A program made the translations under genes and the position numbers. 64,000 bases of DNA from Deferribacterales bacterium (GTDB lineage: Bacteria > Chrysiogenota > Deferribacteres > Deferribacterales > Geovibrionaceae): the NCBI GenBank assembly GCA_050253075.1, contig JBFWJS010000002.1, forward strand, positions 192,001 to 256,000, written 5' to 3'. The notes beneath the pieces were generated by a model, which did not search any database, was not told where the DNA came from, and saw only the letters and a program-made list of their open reading frames with translations. Shown in pieces: positions 1-8,600 of this stretch (its first letter is position 1; the number at the start of each line of letters is the position of its first letter).

Positions 1-1219
1 TGCCTGTGATGATGGCATCAAGAGCTGCCGGTATCTCGTCTCTGATAGTTTTATCAAACACCAGATAAGAGAGAGGATATGTTCTTGCTACCCATGTTCC
101 CATGAATGGTCCGCCTAGGTCCTCTGCGGCGAATCTCATGCCTGATGGGTTGATAGCGATAGATTTAACGTATGCAGGGGCATAGTAGTATGTAGGGCAG
201 AAGTCTTCGGATGCATTCATCATCTGAAGGTCAGCACCGATCTCCTGTCCCATTTTGATACCTGATCCGAGGTCGTAAGGGTTTCCGCCTCTGGAGCAGT
301 TGATGGCATGGGGCACGAACTGTTTTACCATTTCATCATTTTTGATGAAACCGCCGTTGCTCATGAGAACAGCTTTTGTAGCGTTAAAGTTCACTTCCGC
401 TCCGTTTTTAAGTGTTTTCACACCTACCACCCTGCCGTCACCGTCTACATAAAGGCTTTTCGCCTCTGTGCTGTATGATACCGTAACATTGCTGAGTGCA
501 GACACTGCATTGTGCAGGTATTTCCAAAGTGTCTGAGCTCTGGAAGCACCGTCTTCAGCTATTGGGAAATGGACATGCGGTACAGCGGGAATGCCTAGAT
601 CTGTACTATACTCAGGTCTCTTTTCACCATCGAAAATCAGTGAATCAGCATCCAGAGGAGAGTTCAGATACATGTCAGAAAATCCTGTGTATGTGAGCCC
701 CGTTTCCAGAAGTGTCTCGAATGCTTCTTTTGCATTGTTTGCATAGGCTGTGAGTATGGCTTCGTTTCCGCCCTCTCCTGCCCTTCCTATTGCACTGGTC
801 AGGAACTGTTCCGGAGTTTCATTAAACCCGTTATCCGTCTGAAGCCTTGTACCGCCGCCGAGCTGTGTCCCCGCACCGCTCATTCTGGTACTGCCGCCAC
901 CTGATTCCTGTATTTCTATGATGTGTATCTTAATGCTCGGGTCAGCTTTAACGGCGTGTATGGATGCCATAGCAGCAGCACCGCCGTATCCGATGAAGAC
1001 GAGGTCTGATGTCTCGTCCCATGTCTTTGGCAATGAACTAGAGTTTATAAGGTCATCGAGTCCGATATCGTCGTGTACACGTACATCGTCTGTTCCGCCG
1101 CATCCTGTGACCATCCCCATAGCAACACCGCCCATTGCGAGTGATCCAACTTTGAGGAAGCCTCTACGGCTCATTTTATCCATATTTATCTTGTTTTTCT
1201 TATCTTTATTTTCACTCAT
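1..1219 (-). CDS. Tat-exported lipoprotein FAD-dependent oxidoreductase (FAD_binding_2 / 3-ketosteroid dehydrogenase-like flavoprotein); 3' end runs off the window
   Basis: Not in the ORF track; translated by hand from ATG at 1219 (RBS AGGAG): MSENKDKKNKINMDKMSRRGFLKVGSLAMGGVAMGMVTGC... It has a twin-arginine motif, lipobox VTGC, WDETSDLVFIGYGGAA (FAD-binding), GGSTRMSG, AVLMSNGGF, DLGSGIKMGQEIGA and AINPSGMRFAAED. The frame is open to the window edge. Confidence 0.88.
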   Translation of the reverse strand, partial: MSENKDKKNKINMDKMSRRGFLKVGSLAMGGVAMGMVTGCGGTDDVRVHDDIGLDDLINSSSLPKTWDETSDLVFIGYGGAAAMASIHAVKADPSIKIHIIEIQESGGGSTRMSGAGTQLGGGTRLQTDNGFNETPEQFLTSAIGRAGEGGNEAILTAYANNAKEAFETLLETGLTYTGFSDMYLNSPLDADSLIFDGEKRPEYSTDLGIPAVPHVHFPIAEDGASRAQTLWKYLHNAVSALSNVTVSYSTEAKSLYVDGDGRVVGVKTLKNGAEVNFNATKAVLMSNGGFIKNDEMVKQFVPHAINCSRGGNPYDLGSGIKMGQEIGADLQMMNASEDFCPTYYYAPAYVKSIAINPSGMRFAAEDLGGPFMGTWVARTYPLSYLVFDKTIRDEIPAALDAIITG

Positions 1220-1254
1220 TACTTTCTCCTTATTAAAATAAAATGACGAGAGTG

Positions 1255-2385
1255 TTACTCGGCGAGGTAGTCTATGATAGCCTGAAGCTGTTCATCAGTG
1301 AGCGCTTCGAGTGAAGGCGTATCCATACCGCCGATACCCAGAGATATCGCACTTTTGTATGAATCGAGAGTAGTGCCGTCCACTGTTGTCGAAGCCTTAG
1401 CCTGATGGCAAGACTGACAGTTTGCAGAGTAAAGAGTTTCACCATCGTCGCCCGCAGGTTCTTCAGCACCGCCGTCACCGCCTGTCAGAGCATCGATTAT
1501 GGCCTCAAGCTCTTCCTCTGTGAGCGCTGTGAGGGCAGATGAGTCCATGCCGCCTTCGCCTGTCTGGATAGCGTGTGAGAGTGCTTCTACTGTCGGAGTG
1601 AGAATGTTGTTTGTAGCTATTGCGCTGTGGCATCCCGCACAGAGCTGTGCATAGAGTGCTTCACCGTCTATAACATCTGTGAGGTAAGCGATGATAGCAT
1701 CGAGCTCTTCCTCTGTGAGTGCTGTGAGTGCTGTAGAGTCCATGCCGCCTTCACCTGTCTGGATAGCGTGTGAGAGTGCTTCCACTGTCGGAGTCATGAT
1801 ATTATTTGTGCTCTGAGCACCGTGGCACCCCTGGCAAAGTGATGTATAGAGCCCTTCGCCTGAGCGGTCTTCCGAGCCGTTATCGTCATCATCGTCGTCA
1901 CTGTCAGCCGGAGCATTTTCTTTTATATACGCTTTGAAGGCAGTATATTTCTCATCTGTAGTCATATCATTGACAACCAGCCTCAGATCACTGAAAAGGC
2001 TCGCATTCGCAGTCTTAAGTGCTTTGAATGCATTAACTAGTGCCAGCTCCATTTCATCTGAAATAACTTTAGCAGCGACGCCTGCGTCTGCCTCATCCAT
2101 AGCATGAGATATCTCTACCTGTGTAGCACCCGCATTGGCCGCATCATTAATGGCAGAAACAGCGTCTGAAACCTCCGCAACGTCTATGCTCGCCTCAACA
2201 CGGGCAAGTGCATCACTGACGTTTACGTCTGTTATAAGGTCATCAAGGCTCGGTGTTCCGGAACCGCTCCCTGTGTCGATATCAACATAATCTGATAAAT
2301 ACACATCCTTATCATCGGCACCGCAGCCCGCTATAAGGACCATTGATAAAACTAACATCGCATAAACTAATTTTCTGAAAATCAT
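1255..2385 (-). CDS. Acidic lipoprotein c-type cytochrome with three CxxCH haem domains
   Basis: Start reassigned to ATG 2385 (GAGG RBS). Lipobox IAGC. CQGCH (1822-1836), CAGCH (1627-1641) and CQSCH (1405-1419), each preceded by G-x-x-LY and followed by GGM and LTxEEL..I..Y, which is the class I cytochrome c pattern. Confidence 0.88.
   Translation of the reverse strand: MIFRKLVYAMLVLSMVLIAGCGADDKDVYLSDYVDIDTGSGSGTPSLDDLITDVNVSDALARVEASIDVAEVSDAVSAINDAANAGATQVEISHAMDEADAGVAAKVISDEMELALVNAFKALKTANASLFSDLRLVVNDMTTDEKYTAFKAYIKENAPADSDDDDDDNGSEDRSGEGLYTSLCQGCHGAQSTNNIMTPTVEALSHAIQTGEGGMDSTALTALTEEELDAIIAYLTDVIDGEALYAQLCAGCHSAIATNNILTPTVEALSHAIQTGEGGMDSSALTALTEEELEAIIDALTGGDGGAEEPAGDDGETLYSANCQSCHQAKASTTVDGTTLDSYKSAISLGIGGMDTPSLEALTDEQLQAIIDYLAE
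1494..1860 (-). repeat. Intragenic tandem duplication, 195-bp period (haem domains 1 and 2)
   Basis: Near-identical DNA (e.g. gagtccatgccgccttcRcctgtctggatagcgtgtgagagtgcttcYactgtcggagt) occurs twice, 195 bp apart. TPTVEALSHAIQTGEGGMDS is repeated exactly in the protein. Confidence 0.9.
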
Positions 2386-2527
2386 ACTTAACCTCTTTTT
2401 AAAAATTGTTTTAGCAGCCTCTTTCATCTGCTGAATAATACGGAAACAGGCAGTTTCTATCCCAATAAACCCTCCTGACAGGTATTACTGTTCTCTGACT
2501 TTTTCTTAACCTCTCCCCATCCACTAA

Positions 2528-2544
2528 AACAATTCGCATGCCAA
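2528..2544 (-). promoter_or_regulatory. Putative sigma54 (-24/-12) promoter for the cytochrome-flavoprotein operon
   Basis: Minus strand reads TTGGCATGCGAATTGTT versus consensus TGGCAC-N5-TTGC. Spacing is correct, with GT instead of GC at -12. It lies next to a sigma54 activator gene. Confidence 0.6.
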
Positions 2545-2592
2545 TTAACGATCTTAGAGATACCAGTCACTTATGATTTTCGTGGTGTTTTC

Positions 2593-2633
2593 TCACCAAA
2601 TACGGTCAGTCATTTTTCACCGTATATGGTGAA
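2593..2633. promoter_or_regulatory. Two tandem palindromic upstream activator sites (TCACC-N6-GGTSA)
   Basis: TCACCaaatacGGTCA (2593-2608) and TTCACCgtatatGGTGAA (2616-2633), centres 24 bp apart, about 50-90 bp upstream of the -24 element. Confidence 0.6.
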
Positions 2634-2749
2634 TTTTATTTCTTAAATGTTTAATAATATTAGTTTTTATTGACTTTTATTTAGGACTTGTTAGTTTATA
2701 TATTAGTTATGTAGTTTTATGCACATTTGTATAAGGAGGGTTTACCGCC

Positions 2750-4237
2750 TTGGTTAATGAAAAAGTACTGCACGACGCCCTATTCTCTATTTTCCGTTCA
2801 GACAAGATCGACAGCACAGTAGCGAACTCTTTTCTATGCTTTAAGAAATACATGCCTATAGACCTGATACAAATGGATGTTTACATGGAGGAAAGCAAAC
2901 AGATGCTGACCTTATGCAGAGCCGAAAGCGGGAAGATAGTGCGTGACCAGATATACGAGCCACCTGCTAAAACAACATCCAAAGGTAACCCCATGGATAG
3001 TGTGTTCATACTGACTGATTTAGCTAAACATCTGGATGTAAAGACAAAAGAGATATGCAGACTGGACGGTAATTCCTCGCTGACGCTTGAGTGTAAAATA
3101 GGCGACAGGGTGCTCGGCTTCCTGAGCATGAAGGCATATAAAGAGTTCGTTTACGACTCTACTCATAAAGAGCTCTTCCGCTCCCTCGCAGCAAACTATA
3201 CTAACGTGCTCCTGAACGAACTGATAAGCCGCGGTATGCTGAGGCTGGAAAACAGCGAACCTGTGATAAAAAAGCTCAGGACAAAATCAGGAAATGACCC
3301 GTGCAACATGATAATAGGCTCCGCAGGCGGACTGAAAAAGACCGTACAGGCTGCTTTTAATGTCGCACCATACTGCAGTGCCGTCCTTTTGACGGGCGAG
3401 ACGGGCGTAGGCAAGGAAGTCTTTGCCAATTACATACATAATATGTCTAACAGACGCCACTCTCCATTTATAAAGCTGAACTGCGGAACAATACCGGACT
3501 CGCTGATAGACAACGAACTCTTCGGGCATGATAAAGGCGCTTTCACAGGTGCCGACAGCATAAAGAAAGGCCGATTCGAGCTGGCGAACGAAGGGACTCT
3601 GTTCCTCGACGAGGTGGCAGAGCTGCCCCTTGCCTCTCAGGCAAAACTGCTCCGTGCATTACAGTTCGGAGAGATAGAGAGGCTCGGCAGCGGGCAGACC
3701 ATCAATGTGAACACAAGGATAATAGCAGCGACGAATAAAGACCTAGCCAAGATGGTCAAAAACGGAGAATTCAGAGAAGACCTCTTCTGGAGGCTGAACG
3801 TCGTGCCCATACACATCCCGCCCCTTAGAGAAAGACGTGAGGACATCCCGCTTCTGGCAGAACATATAATAGACAAGCTGTGCTGTAAGCTGGGACTAAG
3901 ACACCAGCCGTATATACCGGATGAAAAGATGATGAAGCTGATGGAGTATAACTGGCCAGGCAATGTGCGTGAACTCGAAAACCTGATAGAAAGAGAGCTG
4001 GTCACACAGGCAGGCTCAGACATGAGCTTCGAGAGCATCAGCAGCAGTCTGACTCTGGCGGACAGCCAAAGCCTGCACGACCCATGCCCGGAGCTGGACG
4101 ATGTGATGAAAGAACATATCATAAAAACACTGAACAAGACAAACTGGCGGATAAGCGGAAAGAAAGGCGCAGCGAACATTCTGGGGCTTCACCCGAACAC
4201 CCTCAGAAACAAAATGAAAAAACTCGGAATACTATAA
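2750..4237 (+). CDS. Sigma54-dependent transcriptional activator (FhlA-like; N-terminal GAF-like sensor, AAA+, Fis-type HTH)
   Basis: GETGVGKE Walker A, GAFTGA loop, LFLDEV Walker B, WPGNVRELEN and GAANILGLHPNTL HTH. TTG start with AGGAGG RBS. Confidence 0.95.
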   Translation: MVNEKVLHDALFSIFRSDKIDSTVANSFLCFKKYMPIDLIQMDVYMEESKQMLTLCRAESGKIVRDQIYEPPAKTTSKGNPMDSVFILTDLAKHLDVKTKEICRLDGNSSLTLECKIGDRVLGFLSMKAYKEFVYDSTHKELFRSLAANYTNVLLNELISRGMLRLENSEPVIKKLRTKSGNDPCNMIIGSAGGLKKTVQAAFNVAPYCSAVLLTGETGVGKEVFANYIHNMSNRRHSPFIKLNCGTIPDSLIDNELFGHDKGAFTGADSIKKGRFELANEGTLFLDEVAELPLASQAKLLRALQFGEIERLGSGQTINVNTRIIAATNKDLAKMVKNGEFREDLFWRLNVVPIHIPPLRERREDIPLLAEHIIDKLCCKLGLRHQPYIPDEKMMKLMEYNWPGNVRELENLIERELVTQAGSDMSFESISSSLTLADSQSLHDPCPELDDVMKEHIIKTLNKTNWRISGKKGAANILGLHPNTLRNKMKKLGIL

Positions 4238-4305
4238 AAAAAGGCGGACTTTTGACTAAGCTGTTTAAAAGACGTGTTGCAGAATCTCTAAAACAAACAT
4301 AACTA

Positions 4306-4388
4306 CGTCATTCTGAGCGTAGTGAAGAATCTGATACCGTTAGAGAATCCACGTGTTCAGATCCTTCGGATAAAGCCTCAGGATGACG
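4306..4388. repeat. CGTC-type REP-like hairpin doublet
   Basis: CGTC-ATTCT-gagcgtagtga-AGAAT-CT (4306-4332) and inverted CGTC-ATCCT-gaggctttatccga-AGGAT-CT (4359-4388). Confidence 0.85.
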
Positions 4389-4410
4389 AAAAAAATCTTC
4401 CTGAAATATA

Positions 4411-4446
4411 AAAACCCCAATCTAATTATTAAAATTGGGGTTTTTC
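4411..4446. terminator. Bidirectional intrinsic terminator-like hairpin between convergent genes
   Basis: aaaaccccaat...attggggttttt with A and T tracts on the flanks. Confidence 0.55.
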
Positions 4447-4516
4447 TTATTTTACTTCAAAATTTAAACACGGCTTTTAAGACCCTTGGTCTTTTGACCG
4501 TCGTTGCTTTATTTGA

Positions 4517-5533
4517 TTAGATAACTTTCTCAGGGATAGGGAAATCGAGGTCAAAGAGCTTCCATGATGCTTTGACATAGTTAAACATGTCCTGAACAGT
4601 CTCAGTTTCATAAAACTCTTTGTCGTAGTCTTCGTATTCGAAGAAAGCTGTGTTTTCGGCTCTGTAGCCCGCCTCTTTCCTTTCGAGGGCAGTGTTGATA
4701 ACCTCTGTGAGGTTCTCGCCGTACTGAACAACTCTCACTCTGCCCATAGGTCTGCACTCACGCAGGATAGAAGAGTAAAGGTTTGTCCAGATCACCATGT
4801 TCTGCATGTGGTCTTCTCTGGTTATCGTTTCCTCACCGCTGGACATAACGACAGCTCCCGGGTGGCGGACTGTTACGAAATAGTTCGCACGGTCTCCAAA
4901 GAGGAAGTTGAGGAATTTCACCGCATAGCTGAGCGCTGTGCTCTTAAGGAATACATGCTCGCTGTCAGGTGCTTCGTTATTAACATACACGAGGAACTGG
5001 CAGAGCTCGAAAAGAAGGCTGTTGAAGTTCCAGGGGAGTCTCCATCCCATGTCATACTCTGATCCAGGCTGCTGCACGCTGAACCTTCCGTTCGGCATAT
5101 AGTTATGCGTCATGGAGAGGAGCAGTTTTTCCCAGGGCCATTCGAATGCATCGGAAAGTCCCTGATAAAGTGTCGTACCGCCTGTTCTGGGCATACCGAG
5201 GATAAAGTTGAATGATCTGCCTTCGATATAAGGTTTGATCACGTCACCCTTACCGCCAATGATAGCCTGATATAACTTGATGGTTTCATCCATCATGCTT
5301 TTCAGCTTATCCTGAAATTCTTTTGTAGGCTCTTTCTCTTTGAGTATCTCCATATGCTTCGTACGGAGTGCCTCATATTTTTCATTATCGAAATCTTCGC
5401 TGGAAACAGGCATCCATGTTTCTTTCGGGTCTATGCCTGCGATGTATTCTAATGTTCCCAGAGTAACGGGAACCTCCATCTTTGTGCTCATTGTTATACT
5501 TCTGATAGGCTTAAAGGTTTCCTTTTCACTCAT
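4517..5533 (-). CDS. Sulfotransferase-family protein (PAPS-dependent fold)
   Basis: FILGMPRTGGTTL matches the 5'-PSB loop and YFVTVRHPGAVVMS matches the 3'-PB motif (R-x-P-x5-S). GAGG RBS. Confidence 0.7.
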   Translation of the reverse strand: MSEKETFKPIRSITMSTKMEVPVTLGTLEYIAGIDPKETWMPVSSEDFDNEKYEALRTKHMEILKEKEPTKEFQDKLKSMMDETIKLYQAIIGGKGDVIKPYIEGRSFNFILGMPRTGGTTLYQGLSDAFEWPWEKLLLSMTHNYMPNGRFSVQQPGSEYDMGWRLPWNFNSLLFELCQFLVYVNNEAPDSEHVFLKSTALSYAVKFLNFLFGDRANYFVTVRHPGAVVMSSGEETITREDHMQNMVIWTNLYSSILRECRPMGRVRVVQYGENLTEVINTALERKEAGYRAENTAFFEYEDYDKEFYETETVQDMFNYVKASWKLFDLDFPIPEKVI

Positions 5534-5688
5534 AATATCTTCCTCAGTTTTTTCATATAAGGTTGGATTCTACCCCTTGAAATGATCTTTTTCAAGGCAT
5601 AAGTTACTCATTTATACACAACAACGCCTTTACATACAGCCTGCTTTGGTTTAGATTCTTTAAACACTTATAGGCCTAGGGGATTGAC

Positions 5689-8600
5689 ATGTTCAACGAA
5701 TACGCAAAAGACAGAATAATACTCTTCGACGGTGCGATGGGAACATCCATTCAGAAGTTTGATTTAACAGATGAAATATGGCAGGGCTACAACGGATGCA
5801 GCGAATGGCTGAACGTTGCCGCTCCTGAGATAATACAAAAGATACACGAAGACTATTTCGAGGCGGGCGCAGACGTGGTGGAGACAAACACCTTCGGCGG
5901 AACCGAGCTCGTAATGTCTGAGTACGACCTGCAGGACAGAACATACGAGCTGAACGTTCTCGGCGCACAGATAGCCCGCAGAGCGGCAGATAAATACGGC
6001 AAATATGTCGCAGGCTCCATCGGCCCCGGTACAAAGCTCCCGTCGCTGGCACAGATAAGCTACGACGACCTATACACCATGTATCACTCACAGGCAGAAG
6101 CACTGCTCGAAGGGGGCGTTGACCTCTTCATCATCGAGACATGTCAGGATCTGCTCCAGATAAAATCTGCCGTAAACGCCGTGCTGGACGTTAAGAGCGA
6201 AAAGGGCTCAGACGCACCCGTAATGGTCTCCATAACAGTAGAGCAGAACGGCACAATGCTCATGGGTACAGACATAGCTGCGGCTGTGACACTCCTGCGT
6301 GAATATCCGCTCTTTTCCATAGGAATGAACTGCTCCACAGGCCCAGACCTGATGCACAACCCTATAAGCGCACTGGCAGAGAACTACAACGGGCGCATAT
6401 CATGCATCCCGAATGCAGGTCTGCCCGAGAATAAAGGCGGTCAGATGGTGTATAACATGACACCCGACAAGGTCGCAGACATCATCGAAGGATTAGTAAA
6501 AGAATTCCCTATCGGCGTACTCGGAGGCTGCTGCGGTACGACACCTGAGCACATCAGAGCACTCCGCCCCATAGCGGATAAGTATAAACCTCTCAAACCA
6601 ATAGCGAAGGAATACACAGGCGAGGCTTCCAGCCTTTATATTTCCACATCGCTGGTGCAGTCCCCCGCCCCTGCCCTCATAGGCGAAAGGGCAAACGCAA
6701 ACGGCAGTAAGGCCTTCCGTGAGATGCTCCTGGCCGAGGATTTCGAAGGGATGCTCGCCGTGGCGAAAGAGCAGGAGGAGACAGGCGCACACTTCATAGA
6801 TGCGTGTGTGGCATACGCAGGCAGAAACGAAGATGCAGACATGGCAAAGTTCATGCACCTGCTGAATAAGACGCTCACAGCACCAGTGGTGATAGACTCC
6901 ACAGAGCCGAACGTGGTGGAAACTGCGCTGAAAAAATGCGCAGGCAAGCCAGTTATAAACTCTATAAACTTCGAAGACGGCGGAGAAAAACTGCACAGAA
7001 TATTAAGAGCAGTGAAGAAGCACCCCGCCGCAGTCATTGCGCTCACCATAGACGAAGAAGGGATGGCTATGACAGCCGACCGTAAGTTCGCCATAGCAGA
7101 GCGCATATATAAGATATTCACCGAGGAATACGGGCTGAACCCGAACGACCTGATATTCGACCCGCTCACATTCTCAATCGGCAGCGGGGACAAGACCCTC
7201 GTGGATGCCGCCATACAGACAAACACGGCGATAAAGATGATAAAAGAAAAGCTCACCGGGGCAAAGACTGTCCTCGGGCTTTCGAACATATCTTTCGGTC
7301 TGTCGAAAGACAGCAGACCGATACTTAACTCTGTCTTCCTCCACGAAGCCGTAGAGCACGGGCTCGACATGGCTATCGTACACGCCTCGAAGGTTCTGCC
7401 AGAGGCATCTATCCCCGAAGAAGACATAAAGTTCTGCAAAGACCTGCTCGCAGGGAAAGAAGGCGCACTCTCCGCATTCATAGAGCACTTCAGTAAAAAG
7501 GAAGGGACTCTCCAGCAGGAAGAAAAGCTCGACCTGCCACCAGACCAGATGCTGAAAGAGCTGATAAAGAAAGGGCGCAAAGCAGGGCTCGAAGACGTTT
7601 TAAAATCACTGATGGAGACTATGAAGCCCATAGACATCATCAACAACATAATGCTCGGCACTATGAAAGAGATAGGCGAGCTCTTCGGAGTGGGCAAGAT
7701 GCTCCTCCCATTCGTACTGCAGTCCGCAGAGGCTATGAAGGCGGCGGTATCCATACTTGAGCCCCATATGGAGAAGAATGACTCCGACTCCAGAGGAAAG
7801 ATAGTCCTCGCCACCGTAAAAGGCGACGTGCACGACATCGGAAAGAACCTCGTGGACATCATCCTCTCAAACAACGGCTATCAGGTTTACAACCTCGGCA
7901 TTAAAGTGCCCGTGGAGGAGATGATAGCAAAGGCTGTGGAAGTGGACGCAGATGCCATCGGTATGAGCGGACTACTCGTAAAATCGACAAACATCATGCG
8001 TGATAACATAGACGAGCTGAAGAGACAAGGGGTCAGCAAGAAGATCCTCCTCGGAGGCGCAGCCCTCACAGAGAAATTCGTCACAAACGACTGTATGCCT
8101 ATCATGCCCGGCATGGTGAGCTACTGCCGTGACGCATTCGACGCTCTGAAGGTTTTAAGCGGTGAGTCAGACGGTGCAGCAGCTCCGGAAAAGACATATG
8201 CAGACAAACAGGCAAAGCCGAAAGCAGTGCGGAAGCCAGAACTTCAGACACCGCCGAAAGCTCCTTTCCTCGGCTTTAAAAATGCTGAAGGTGTCAGCAT
8301 AGAAGGCATACTTGAATACATGAACAGGCTTGCACTTTTCTCTCACAGGTGGGGATACAGCAAGAAAGGCATGGCAGATTTCGAATATGAAAAACTGCTG
8401 AAAGAAACTATCATCCCTGAATTCAACGAGACCGTTCAGGAGATAAAAGACAAAGACCTGCTCGAGATGGGCATCAGATACGGATACTGCGAGTGCAACT
8501 CCGACGGCGAAGACCTAGTGCTGTATAACGAAGACGGCAGCGAGCTGACCAGATTCGCCTTCCCGAGACAAAGCATAGAGAACGGCGTGTGCCTCAGCGA

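Larger units (their letters stand above)
4269..4476. mobile_element. Possible MITE-like element enclosing a REP doublet
   Basis: ttaaAAGACGTGTT (4265-4278) and AACACGGCTTttaa (4467-4480) are inverted repeats matching 13/14, with TTAA on both flanks. No transposase inside. Confidence 0.35.

Noticed and set aside
496..1241. Plus-strand ORFs 496-696 and 918-1241
   Set aside because: They are antisense to the flavoprotein gene, which the ORF track missed because it runs off the window.
5534..5688. Cobalamin or SAM riboswitch upstream of metH
   Set aside because: The gap is short and shared with a divergent gene, and no B12-box or S-box motif is recognisable.
6636..7874. 412-aa antisense ORF inside metH (and similar long ORFs opposite gdhB, pckA, the MCPs and the CoA reductase)
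   Set aside because: These are shadow frames produced by codon bias of the real genes. They are Ser/Phe-rich with no motifs.
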